Assembly (NCBI GenBank): GCA_050694575.1
Contig: JBOGXL010000075.1
Span: forward strand, 1 to 50,443
Direction of reading: 5' to 3'
DNA: 50,443 bases
From: Actinomycetota bacterium
Lineage (GTDB): Bacteria; Actinomycetota; JAICYB01
The position numbers and the translations under genes were made by a program. The notes under the pieces were generated by a model that saw nothing but the letters and a program-made list of their open reading frames with translations, ran no database searches and was not told where the DNA came from. Position 1 is the stretch's first letter. Each line of letters opens with the position of its first letter. Below are positions 43,229 through 50,443 of the stretch, piece after piece.

Positions 43229-44329
43229 GTGATCTCAGAAGCCGCCGTCCGCGAAGCTCTCCACACCGTCCTCGATCCGGAGATCGGTAAACCGATCGAC
43301 GACATCGGCATGCTCGGCGGTGTCGCCATCGATGGCGACACCGTCCGCGTCGACATCCTTCTCACGGTCGCCGGGTGTCCGTTGAAGGCGGAGATCGAGA
43401 AGCGCGTTACCGATGCCGTCTCCCCCGTCGCCGGCGTCGGCAAGGTCGAGGTCAACCTCGGCGTGATGGATCCGGAGCGCCGCGCCGAGCTCGCGACGAA
43501 CCTCGGTCGCGGGATCCCCTTCCGCAACCCCGAGTCGCGGACGAGCGTTATCGGTGTGTCATCGGGCAAGGGTGGCGTCGGGAAGTCGACGGTCACCACG
43601 AACCTCGCCGCGGCCATGCGCTCGCTCGGCCACAAGGTGGGTGTCCTCGACGCCGACATCTGGGGGTTCTCGATCCCCCGCATGTTCGGCTTGCGCGGTC
43701 GGCGCCCCGTCGCCTTCGACGGCATGATCATGCCGCTGGATCGCGAGGGTGTGAAGGTCATCTCCATCGGCTTCTTCCTTCCGAGCGAAGAGGAGCCCGT
43801 CGTGTGGCGGGGGCCGATGCTCCACAAAGCGCTGGAGCAGTTCCTCTCCGACGTGTACTGGGGTGAGGATCTGGAGTATCTGCTGATCGACCTACCACCG
43901 GGCACGGGTGATATCTCTCTCTCCCTCGCTACCTTCCTGCCGAACATGGGCATGGTCGTCGTCACCACGCCACAGCCCGTCGCGCAGAAGGTCGCCGAAC
44001 GCGCAGCCAACATGGCGGGGAAGATGAAGCAGCGTCTGCTCGGTGTCATCGAGAACATGTCCGGCGTCGTGTGCGCGCACTGCGGTGAGGTCACGCCGAT
44101 GTTCGGCGAGGGCGGTGGAGAGCTCCTCGCGCAAGTCTTGGAGACGCCGTTGCTCGCGAAGCTGCCGCTCGTCGGAGACATCCGCAGCGCCTCGGACGAC
44201 GGCGAGCCCTTCGTGTGGTCGCATCCCGACCATCCGGTGTCCAAGAGCTACGTCGACATGGCGCGCAAGCTCACGGAGTTCCGTCCGCGCCGGCGCCTGC
44301 CTGTGATGGAGATCGGCCCCCGGCGCTAG
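43229..44329 (+). CDS. mrp: Fe-S cluster carrier ATPase Mrp/ApbC with N-terminal DUF59 domain
   Basis: ORF 43202..44329. The DUF59 N-terminus is REALHTVLDPEIGKPI, the P-loop is SGKGGVGKST, and a CxxC motif is present (CAHCGE). I prefer GTG 43229, which has GATACT 9 nt upstream; TTG 43202 is the alternative. Confidence 0.9.
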   Translation: MISEAAVREALHTVLDPEIGKPIDDIGMLGGVAIDGDTVRVDILLTVAGCPLKAEIEKRVTDAVSPVAGVGKVEVNLGVMDPERRAELATNLGRGIPFRNPESRTSVIGVSSGKGGVGKSTVTTNLAAAMRSLGHKVGVLDADIWGFSIPRMFGLRGRRPVAFDGMIMPLDREGVKVISIGFFLPSEEEPVVWRGPMLHKALEQFLSDVYWGEDLEYLLIDLPPGTGDISLSLATFLPNMGMVVVTTPQPVAQKVAERAANMAGKMKQRLLGVIENMSGVVCAHCGEVTPMFGEGGGELLAQVLETPLLAKLPLVGDIRSASDDGEPFVWSHPDHPVSKSYVDMARKLTEFRPRRRLPVMEIGPRR

Positions 44330-44464
44330 GGACCTCGAGCCGTCGAAGTGTTCGTCATCGTCTCCCGTTCTTCCTCGCCCTACTTCAGATCTCAGATGAG
44401 GCGTGCTGTCGGAGCCCCCTTAGTACACTAGTCGGGAGTTTCATCTTCACAGGGGGAAACCGAC

Positions 44465-44950
44465 ATGACGAGCGCTTCAGGTCGACCGTGGATCAGGCGA
44501 GGCGTGAGCGTGCTTTCCATCGGTCTGCTGTTTGCAGCTCTCGAGGTCGGGCCGGCCTACTCAGGTCATGTCGTATGCACCGCAGCCAACACGCGGTTCG
44601 GGACCTCCGGTGGCGACAGCATGGGCGGTAGTCCGGGGTCAGATTGCCTTCGTAGTAGCGGCGGTAAGGACTCGCTGTCGGGGTTCGGTGGCGACGACGA
44701 CCTCAACGGCGGGGCCGACAACGACTCCATCGACGGCAGCAGCGGCAACGACCACCTCATCGGCAGCAGCGGCAACGACTCGCTCGCAGGGGGCAGCGGC
44801 GATGACACGCTGAGCGGCGGAGCGGGTAACGACGCGCTCTTCGGGGGCCCCGGAACCGACACGCTGGACGGCGGTTTCGGAAGGGACAGCTGCTGGGTCG
44901 ACGCCACTGACCCGGCGCCGGTGAATTGCGAGCAGATCTTCGGCCCGTAG
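44465..44950 (+). CDS. Secreted protein with RTX-type (GGxGxD) calcium-binding nonapeptide repeats
   Basis: The signal peptide is [33 protein letters not shown]. It is followed by tandem repeats such as [65 protein letters not shown] is present. Confidence 0.8.
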   Translation: MTSASGRPWIRRGVSVLSIGLLFAALEVGPAYSGHVVCTAANTRFGTSGGDSMGGSPGSDCLRSSGGKDSLSGFGGDDDLNGGADNDSIDGSSGNDHLIGSSGNDSLAGGSGDDTLSGGAGNDALFGGPGTDTLDGGFGRDSCWVDATDPAPVNCEQIFGP

Positions 44951-45002
44951 GACGCCGCACCCCCTAGCGGTTACGAGGCCGGCTCGCGCCGCCGCCGCGA
45001 TC

Positions 45003-45941
45003 GTGGTCGCGGTGGGTCTTCTCGGATCGGTGGGCTGCTCGGGGTCACCGGTGATCGGCGACATCGTGTTACCCGAGCACATCGCCGACGCCGTGTGGCA
45101 GGTCGATGCGAACGGGTGTGGGTGGCGCACGCGGGGCAGTGCGTTCGCCATCGATGCGCGCCACCTGGTGACGAACCGCCATGTCATCGCCAACGACTCC
45201 TCACCGGTCATCCACTCACGGGACGGCGAGCAGAGGAGCGGGAGGGTGATCGGCGCCCTGGCGCGCCCCGACGTCGCGGTCATCCGGGTCACCGAGGACC
45301 TCCCCGTCAGCCTGGGGTGGGCACCCACCGAGTCACTGGTCCCACAGGAGCAGCTCGTGGTCCTCGGGTACCCGTCGCCGGAATATGTGTTCAATGCGTC
45401 GGCGGGGCAGATCGTCAACTTCCAAGGTCCGAGGGGCATCCGCGAGGCGGCGCTGTCCAACGCGCCGGTCGCTCCCGGCAACAGCGGCGGTCCCGCGGTG
45501 CGAGCCGATACCTCCGTTGTGGGGGTCATCACCCAGATGGTGCTCCGGGACAAGCCCGCGGAAAGCGTGGCGATCCTGTACACAGGCGACGCGGTGCGGC
45601 CGAGCGTCGAGGCCTTCATCGATGAGCCGGCCGAGGTGTTGTCCAACTGTGGGCTTGGTCCCGACTACGTCCCACCCGTCCCGGAGGACATCGACATCCC
45701 CGAACCTCCGCCGCCCCCGCCGACGCAGCCGGCGGTGATCTTGGCGACTGCGTCGCCGACGCCCACCGCTGCCGCCCCGACGTTGGCGCCGACGCCCACG
45801 CTCATGCGAACAGCACCGCCGACCCGGACCCCGACGCCGCAACCGATCCCGAGCCCGACGCCGATCCCGAGCCCAACGCCGACGCCGAGCCCAACCCCCA
45901 CACCGACACCGACACCGACACCGCCCGCGTTGAGCCGGTAA
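45003..45941 (+). CDS. Trypsin-like (S1) serine protease, probable lipoprotein, with Pro/Thr-rich C-terminal tail
   Basis: A lipobox-like LLGSVGCSG is present. The His context is VTNRHVI and the Ser context is APGNSGGPAV. The tail is a PT repeat. Confidence 0.8.
   Translation: MVAVGLLGSVGCSGSPVIGDIVLPEHIADAVWQVDANGCGWRTRGSAFAIDARHLVTNRHVIANDSSPVIHSRDGEQRSGRVIGALARPDVAVIRVTEDLPVSLGWAPTESLVPQEQLVVLGYPSPEYVFNASAGQIVNFQGPRGIREAALSNAPVAPGNSGGPAVRADTSVVGVITQMVLRDKPAESVAILYTGDAVRPSVEAFIDEPAEVLSNCGLGPDYVPPVPEDIDIPEPPPPPPTQPAVILATASPTPTAAAPTLAPTPTLMRTAPPTRTPTPQPIPSPTPIPSPTPTPSPTPTPTPTPTPPALSR
45696..45938 (+). repeat. Low-complexity Pro/Thr(Ser) codon repeat inside the protease gene
   Basis: It encodes PEPPPPPPTQ...PTPQPIPSPTPIPSPTPTPSPTPTPTPTPTPP, with iterated CCGACN/CCGAGC units. 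Confidence 0.8.
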
Positions 45942-46006
45942 AGCGGCGTCGGCCACGATGGAGCATCGCCGGGCTTCCCTGCACCCGGCAAGCGATATCG
46001 CCATGG

Positions 46007-46012
46007 TAGAGT
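46007..46012 (+). promoter_or_regulatory. Candidate -10 box (TAGAGT), leaderless vapB
   Basis: TAGAGT lies 6 nt upstream of ATG 46019. Confidence 0.45.
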
Positions 46013-46018
46013 AATGGT

Positions 46019-46264
46019 ATGCGAACTACCATCGATTCTGCCGGAAGGATCGTCATCCCGAAGGCGATCAGGGACGAGCTAGGGCTGCGCGGGGGCGAGG
46101 AGCTCGAGGTCGTCGAGCGGGACGGACGTATCGAGATCGAAGCGGTGCCGACGGCCATGCGCCTGGTCAAGAAAGGGACGGTTCTCGTGGCCGAGACCGA
46201 GGAGCCGGTGCCGGCTCTGACCGACCGCATCGTCCGCGACACCCTCGAGAAAACCCGTCGGTGA
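46019..46264 (+). CDS. vapB: Type II antitoxin, AbrB/MazE/SpoVT-fold (VapB)
   Basis: MRTTIDSAGRIVIPKAIRDELGLRGGEELEV is a typical AbrB-type swapped-hairpin N-terminus. Confidence 0.85.
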   Translation: MRTTIDSAGRIVIPKAIRDELGLRGGEELEVVERDGRIEIEAVPTAMRLVKKGTVLVAETEEPVPALTDRIVRDTLEKTRR

Positions 46265-46665
46265 ACGCCGTCGACGCGAGCGTCGCGATCGCCGGATTCG
46301 CGGCGTGGCACGAGGCCCACGAGGCGGCAAGGCGGGTGGTGTCGGCCGGTGCCGGGTTGCCGGCGCACGCTGCCATCGAGACCTATTCGGTCCTCACGCG
46401 GCTACCCGAGCCCTTCCGCTTCAGTCCTGATACGGCGCGGACGTTGATCCTGCAGAACTTCACCCAGCCGTTCCTGTTGTTGTCCGATGCCGGATATCGC
46501 GCCCTGGCTGAGATCGCTCCGGCTGTGTCGATCATCGGCGGCGCGATCTATGACGGGGTTATCGCCGCCACGGCGAAGGAGGCTGAGGCCACCTTGCTGA
46601 CGCGGGACGCGCGAGCGATCCCGGTTTACGACGCCCTGGGCGTCCCATGGGAGTTCGTCGATTGA
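46261..46665 (+). CDS. vapC: Type II toxin, PIN-domain ribonuclease (VapC)
   Basis: The GTG start overlaps the vapB stop (GTGA). PIN acidic residues are VDASV, YDGVIAATA and LLTRDARA. Confidence 0.85.
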   Translation: MNAVDASVAIAGFAAWHEAHEAARRVVSAGAGLPAHAAIETYSVLTRLPEPFRFSPDTARTLILQNFTQPFLLLSDAGYRALAEIAPAVSIIGGAIYDGVIAATAKEAEATLLTRDARAIPVYDALGVPWEFVD

Positions 46666-46835
46666 CGGCCGTCATAGAGGACGGGCTTCGGTTGCTCGTT
46701 GGTCGCCGCACCGACCCCATGCGCACCACCAGTCCGCTTCCGACCTTCCGCGGTGACGGGCTTCAGCCCGGCGTCGATCTCGACGACAACGCCTCACTCA
46801 TCGAAGCGATGGAGGCCGACGATCGTTCTCTGTGA
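46647..46835 (+). pseudogene. 5'-truncated VapB-type antitoxin remnant (C-terminal toxin-binding part only)
   Basis: RLTAVIEDGLRLL...PLPTFRGDGLQPGVDLDDNASLIEAME resembles the middle and C-terminal parts of antitoxins that pair with TIGR00028-type PIN toxins. The N-terminal DNA-binding part is missing and replaced by the 3' end of the upstream vapC. Confidence 0.5.
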
Positions 46836-47113
46836 CTTCAATGTCTTCGTCTATGCGCACCGGGAAGATGCCGCGCGGCACACGGAGTACCGGAGGTGGG
46901 CCGAACGTGGTGGCCGTCGCTCCGAGCTTCAGGCATTGGGAGATCTTCGAACGTCTGTGCGGCAAGGCCGAAGCGAAAGGCAATCTCGTCGCGGATGCGT
47001 TCCTCGCCGCACTCGCGATCGAGTCCGGTTCGGAGCGGATCACGACAGACCGGGACTACGCTCGCTTCCAAGGGCTGCGCTGGCGGCACCCGCTCGAAGC
47101 GGTCTCGTCCTGA
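46822..47113 (+). pseudogene. Decayed PIN-domain toxin (Mtb-type VapC, TIGR00028-like) with internal deletion and frameshift and no canonical start
   Basis: The N-terminal part IVLCDFNVFVYAHREDAARHTEYRRWAE is in one frame. The C-terminal part PNVVAVAPSFRHWEIFERLCGKAEAKGNLVADAFLAALAIESGSERITTDRDYARFQGLRWRHPLE is in another. The junction is near 46897-46905, and about 45 residues of the family core are missing. Confidence 0.65.
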
Positions 47114-47125
47114 TCGCGTCCCACG

Positions 47126-47142
47126 CGACCGCCCCGCGGTCG
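47126..47142. terminator. Short GC hairpin between convergent genes
   Basis: CGACCGC-CCC-GCGGTCG lies between the toxin remnant and the LLM oxidoreductase 3' ends. There is no U-tract. Confidence 0.3.
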
Positions 47143-47148
47143 AAATGA

Positions 47149-48036
47149 CTAGGCTCCCGAAGGGCCGGAGCCTAATGGTCGGGGCAGCTTCCGGACGTGC
47201 CCGAGCACGTCCTGCGCGAAGCGCGACAGGTCGTCCGGATCGTCCAGGCCGAAAGGGACGTCCGAGAAACACATAACGGCGTGTTCGACGCCGACCGCGG
47301 CGAAGGCCGCCAGCCTGTCCACCATCTCCCCAGCCGATCCCCTCGCGTACTGGCCTATCGATCGACGGACGGGCGCGTCGCCGAGGACCTTCGCTCGCTC
47401 CAGGTACGCCTCGACGTCCTGGAACCACGCCGCGTTCCACCCGTCGGCGACCCCGGCGACGACCCGCAGCGCGCGATCGCCCTTCCCCCCGACCCAGATC
47501 GTAGGCCGGGGACGCTGCACCGGCAGCGGTCGCGCGATCGCTTCCTCGAGGCGGTAGTGGTCACCCGCGTAGCTCAGAGGCCCACCCTCGAAGAGCCCTT
47601 TCAGGATGTCCACCGATTCACCGAGTCGCTCGAGCCGGACGCCCGGCCGCGGGAAAGGGATACCGGAGCGCGCGAACTCCGGCTCGTACCATCCCGCTCC
47701 GAGGCCGAGCTCCAATCGCCCGCCCGACGCGACGTCAACCGTCGCGGCTTCCTTCGCTAGCTGCACGGGATGGCGGAACTCGTTGCACAGAACCATGGTC
47801 CCGAGACGCACGCGGTCTGTCTGGGTCGCGAGGACCGAAAGTGTCGACATCGGCTCTAGAGACCCGACCGGATCGGCGGAACCCCCGTACTTCGAAAGGT
47901 CGAACACGATGTGATCCGACATCCACACCGAGTCGAATCCGAGCCGCTCGCACTCCCGCGCGATCTCCACGACGCGATCGAGCGCCGGGTCGTGACCGGG
48001 CGAGCCATAGTGTGGAAGCGCGACACCAACGTTCAC
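47149..48036 (-). CDS. LLM-class (luciferase-like) F420-dependent oxidoreductase
   Basis: ORF 47149..48381 trimmed to GTG 48036 (VNVGVALPHYG). Motifs are FDSVWMSDH and ELGLGAGW. Confidence 0.84.
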   Translation of the reverse strand: MNVGVALPHYGSPGHDPALDRVVEIARECERLGFDSVWMSDHIVFDLSKYGGSADPVGSLEPMSTLSVLATQTDRVRLGTMVLCNEFRHPVQLAKEAATVDVASGGRLELGLGAGWYEPEFARSGIPFPRPGVRLERLGESVDILKGLFEGGPLSYAGDHYRLEEAIARPLPVQRPRPTIWVGGKGDRALRVVAGVADGWNAAWFQDVEAYLERAKVLGDAPVRRSIGQYARGSAGEMVDRLAAFAAVGVEHAVMCFSDVPFGLDDPDDLSRFAQDVLGHVRKLPRPLGSGPSGA

Positions 48037-48048
48037 GAGGGCAGGAGT

Positions 48049-48879
48049 ATGCCAGAGCTCCCCGAAGTCGAAGGGTTCCGCGCCGTCGTCGAAACCAACG
48101 TCGTCGGGCGAAGGATCGTCCGGGCACGCTTCCTCGACGACTGGATGCTCAAAGACTCGTCGCCGTCGACGGCCGCACGCCGGCTGAAGGGCCGGCTCGT
48201 ATCGGCCGTGGACAGGAAGGGCAAAGTGCTCGCGATCTTCACGGAGCCTTCCGCCAAGCGTCCCGACACTCCGGTGCTCGCCCTCCACTTCGGCATGACC
48301 GGACGGCCGATCGTCGGCCGCAGCGGAGATCCGATCCATCATTGGGACCGCGTCGTGCTCGATCTGGATTCGGGGGCCCAATTCCGATATCGCAACAGCC
48401 GCCGGCTGGGTTTCGTCCGTGTGGTGACGCGGAACGAGATGGCCGATCTTGCGTGGCGGCTGGGCCCGGATCCCCTCGAGGCGCCGGCGAGCTATCTCGT
48501 GGAAGCGCTGAAGGGCCGCGAAGCGCCGATCAAGGCGCTCTTACTCGATCAGTCCTTCCTGGCCGGCGTCGGCAACATCTACGCCGACGAGGCTTTGCAT
48601 GCCTCGGGCATCCGCCCTTCTCGACCGAGCGGCGATCTGGATCCCGACGAGATCCGGGCGCTCCATAGAGCGCTCCGGCGCATCCTGCGCCGCGCCGTCA
48701 CCGCGCAACGTCGCGGCGGCGACGCCCGATTCCCGCTGCTCGCCGTGCGAAAACACGCGTCGCAGCAACTCGGAGCGTCCGGCTCCCCTAAGGTCGGTTG
48801 TCCGCGGTGTGATCGTCGGCTTCGGTTCGCGAAGATCGGCGGCCGCACCTCGTTCTACTGCGCGCGCTGCCAGGTTTAG
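48049..48879 (+). CDS. mutM: Formamidopyrimidine-DNA glycosylase / Nei family (Fpg)
   Basis: ORF 47911..48879 trimmed to ATG 48049. It has the MPELPEVE N-terminus, the H2TH motif (LLDQSFLAGVGNIYADEAL) and a C-terminal zinc finger (CPRCDRRL...YCARCQ). Confidence 0.9.
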   Translation: MPELPEVEGFRAVVETNVVGRRIVRARFLDDWMLKDSSPSTAARRLKGRLVSAVDRKGKVLAIFTEPSAKRPDTPVLALHFGMTGRPIVGRSGDPIHHWDRVVLDLDSGAQFRYRNSRRLGFVRVVTRNEMADLAWRLGPDPLEAPASYLVEALKGREAPIKALLLDQSFLAGVGNIYADEALHASGIRPSRPSGDLDPDEIRALHRALRRILRRAVTAQRRGGDARFPLLAVRKHASQQLGASGSPKVGCPRCDRRLRFAKIGGRTSFYCARCQV

Positions 48880-48895
48880 ATCAGTCGTGATCGTG

Positions 48896-48914
48896 CGAGC
48901 CCTCACGGGGCTCG
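48896..48914. terminator. Hairpin between the convergent Fpg gene and the small Cys-rich ORF
   Basis: CGAGCCC-TCACG-GGGCTCG. There is no clear U-tract. Confidence 0.35.
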
Positions 48915-48925
48915 TCGTGTCCCTT

Positions 48926-49078
48926 TCAACACCCGGGCTCGCCGGGATGTCCGCAGCAGTTCTGGCGCTTGCGCATCTTGATCGCGTTGTTCTCGACGGC
49001 CTTGCGACAGCGCTCGACGAACGGAAGGTCCGACGTCCAGAAGTTCCGGAGCGACTGACGGAACGAGGGCCGGCTCAT
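48926..49078 (-). CDS. Small Cys-rich protein (50 aa), translationally coupled to the FrhB-family gene
   Basis: ATG 49078 overlaps the upstream stop (ATGA). The sequence is MSRPSFRQSLRNFWTSDLPFVERCRKAVENNAIKMRKRQNCCGHPGEPGC. GC3 is high. Confidence 0.55.
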   Translation of the reverse strand: MSRPSFRQSLRNFWTSDLPFVERCRKAVENNAIKMRKRQNCCGHPGEPGC

Positions 49079-50355
49079 TCGACGGCCCCGCTCCGCTCCG
49101 CCGTGGTTGCGTTGCCCATGGGTGACGGGCCCGCTATCGACACCTGCCCAAGCGGACCCGCGTCGCGGATGCCGGTCGGCTTGAAGGCGGCCTCGGGCGT
49201 CCCGCGCTTGTACGTCTGTTCGGCCTCCTCTGCGTTCCACGGCTCGACCCGGCCCTGATCCATCCACAGCTCGATGTTGCGGGTCCGGCGGCGCTGACGC
49301 TTCGCGAGACGCTCCATGAGGTCGTAGGCCGCCGGCTCCTCGGTGGCCGGACGCGTCTGGACCTTCCCGCCGTCGACCATCTCCTTCCACCACGTCTCGC
49401 CACGCTCCGTGCGGACAACGACCATGCACCATCCCTCCATACCCAAGCCCCCGAGGGCGATGTCGGCGTGCTCGGCCGAGAAGTCCGGACAGAACGGGCA
49501 ACCCCAGTCGCGCGCAAGCGGGCGGCAATCCTTCAGCGAGATGTCGACGTCCGAGCCGTCGTCCATCGTGACGATGACCTTGCCCTTGATGTTGATCTTC
49601 TCCACGCGGGTCATGTCGATGCCGTACTCGCCCTGCAGCTTCTGCTCGAGGAACGGCTTCGGGAGGAAGGTCTCGGAGCACATGAGCCCTACCGTGAGCG
49701 CTATGCGGTTGGACCACTTCCTCACGCCGGCGTAAGCCATCTTCGGCGCGGCGGTGACCTCGCAGGACACGCCGACGAGTGCGATCTTGCGCAAACGCTG
49801 CTCGAAAGCGTCCTTCATCGCCAGCGGGGTCGGGCAGTACGTGTATCGCGACCGCGCCGTCCCGAGGACGTCCTCCTTGGTCTTCACGAGACGCGGCTCG
49901 GCCATCTGCGTCCGGCCGTCGAAGCCGGAGACGACGGCTCCGTCGAGGGCGCCCGTCTCGAGGCCGTGCAGAACGAGAGCCGACGCGATGCCGCCGTCCT
50001 GGGCGGCCGAAACGACGGCCGGGTCGGATGAACGCGCCAGGACCACCTCGCGCGCGATGCCGAAAACCTCCTCCGGCCCGCGCGTGCGACCGAAGAGCTG
50101 CTCCTCCAGCTGCGGCCAGTTCCACCGCCAGATCCCCGCATCGTGGTCCAGGCGCGGACAGGCTTGAGCGCACAGCGTGCAGCCCTTGATGCCGTGTGAG
50201 CAGTCGTCCGGCCGCTCGACATCGGTCTGGAAGGGTTTCTCGCGCTCGAAGTCGTAGTCCAGCACATGGTGCGGGCAGACGAGCACGCATGCGGCGCAGC
50301 TACAGCAGACGTCCGTCGCGACGATCTGGTCGAAGAGCTCTTTCCACTGGCTCAC
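49075..50355 (-). CDS. Coenzyme F420 hydrogenase/dehydrogenase beta subunit (FrhB/FpoF) family iron-sulfur flavoprotein
   Basis: N-terminal ferredoxin-like Cys clusters are CCSCAACVLVCP and CTLCAQACP. The FrhB_N/FrhB_C pattern follows (VVSAAQDGGIASAL, KIALVGVSCEV, CPFCPDFSAEHADIALGG). Confidence 0.86.
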   Translation of the reverse strand: MSQWKELFDQIVATDVCCSCAACVLVCPHHVLDYDFEREKPFQTDVERPDDCSHGIKGCTLCAQACPRLDHDAGIWRWNWPQLEEQLFGRTRGPEEVFGIAREVVLARSSDPAVVSAAQDGGIASALVLHGLETGALDGAVVSGFDGRTQMAEPRLVKTKEDVLGTARSRYTYCPTPLAMKDAFEQRLRKIALVGVSCEVTAAPKMAYAGVRKWSNRIALTVGLMCSETFLPKPFLEQKLQGEYGIDMTRVEKINIKGKVIVTMDDGSDVDISLKDCRPLARDWGCPFCPDFSAEHADIALGGLGMEGWCMVVVRTERGETWWKEMVDGGKVQTRPATEEPAAYDLMERLAKRQRRRTRNIELWMDQGRVEPWNAEEAEQTYKRGTPEAAFKPTGIRDAGPLGQVSIAGPSPMGNATTAERSGAVE

Positions 50356-50443
50356 GCCGCCATGCTAGTCGGCCCGTAGCCGCACGCTGAGGACGACCAT
50401 CTGGCTAGGCGATCCTCAGCCCGACGCGAACCGCTCCCACATC

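Noticed and set aside
44465-44560. The RR in the RTX-like protein signal peptide as proof of Tat export, given tatA lies 1.4 kb upstream.
   Set aside because: WIRRGVSVL only partly fits the S/T-R-R-x-F-L-K consensus. Calcium-dependent beta-rolls normally fold outside the cell, and the proximity to tatA is probably coincidental.

Overview
This is a high-GC, densely packed chromosomal segment that looks like Actinomycetota. The markers are F420-linked enzymes (LLM oxidoreductase, FrhB-family protein, DUF2342-type hydrolase), dodecin, DUF3107, an ArsA/Get3-like ATPase pair, a 7Fe ferredoxin, and many leaderless-type starts. I support about 55 protein-coding genes or gene remnants. I saw no rRNA, tRNA, CRISPR array, transposase or integrase.

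Main content, left to right:
- A PDZ/Lon-like protease, a membrane-anchored subtilase, and a CBS-citrate synthase fusion.
- An orphan fused siroheme decarboxylase.
- A 6.7 kb co-directional minus-strand block. It holds a translationally coupled polyamine operon (pdaD-speH-speE-speB) followed by an ACAD-fold flavin monooxygenase, a gulonolactone-oxidase-like flavoenzyme and PolX.
- An ABC-2 exporter.
- An ArsA-like ATPase pair.
- A ChlI-like AAA ATPase and its VWA partner, separated by an ~8.5 kb envelope glycan/lipid cassette. The cassette holds an acyltransferase_3, a 1069-aa GT-A+GT4+methyltransferase-fold enzyme, an O-antigen-ligase-like protein, a P450, an SCP2 protein and a PaaI thioesterase.
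- A ferredoxin-led coupled operon, a class I aldolase, tatA and mrp.
- A small accessory islet: a secreted RTX-repeat protein, an S1 protease lipoprotein, an intact vapBC module and a decayed second TA module.
- An LLM oxidoreductase, Fpg, and an FrhB-family protein coupled to a Cys-rich 50-aa ORF.

Non-coding signals worth follow-up:
- A structured ~75-nt leader with a uORF in front of the polyamine operon.
- A strong G-quadruplex motif plus direct repeats in the same divergent control region.
- A 29-31 nt tandem repeat carrying two palindromes per unit upstream of tatA.

All functional calls rest on motif and family recognition by eye. Start codons are the least certain part of the coordinates.
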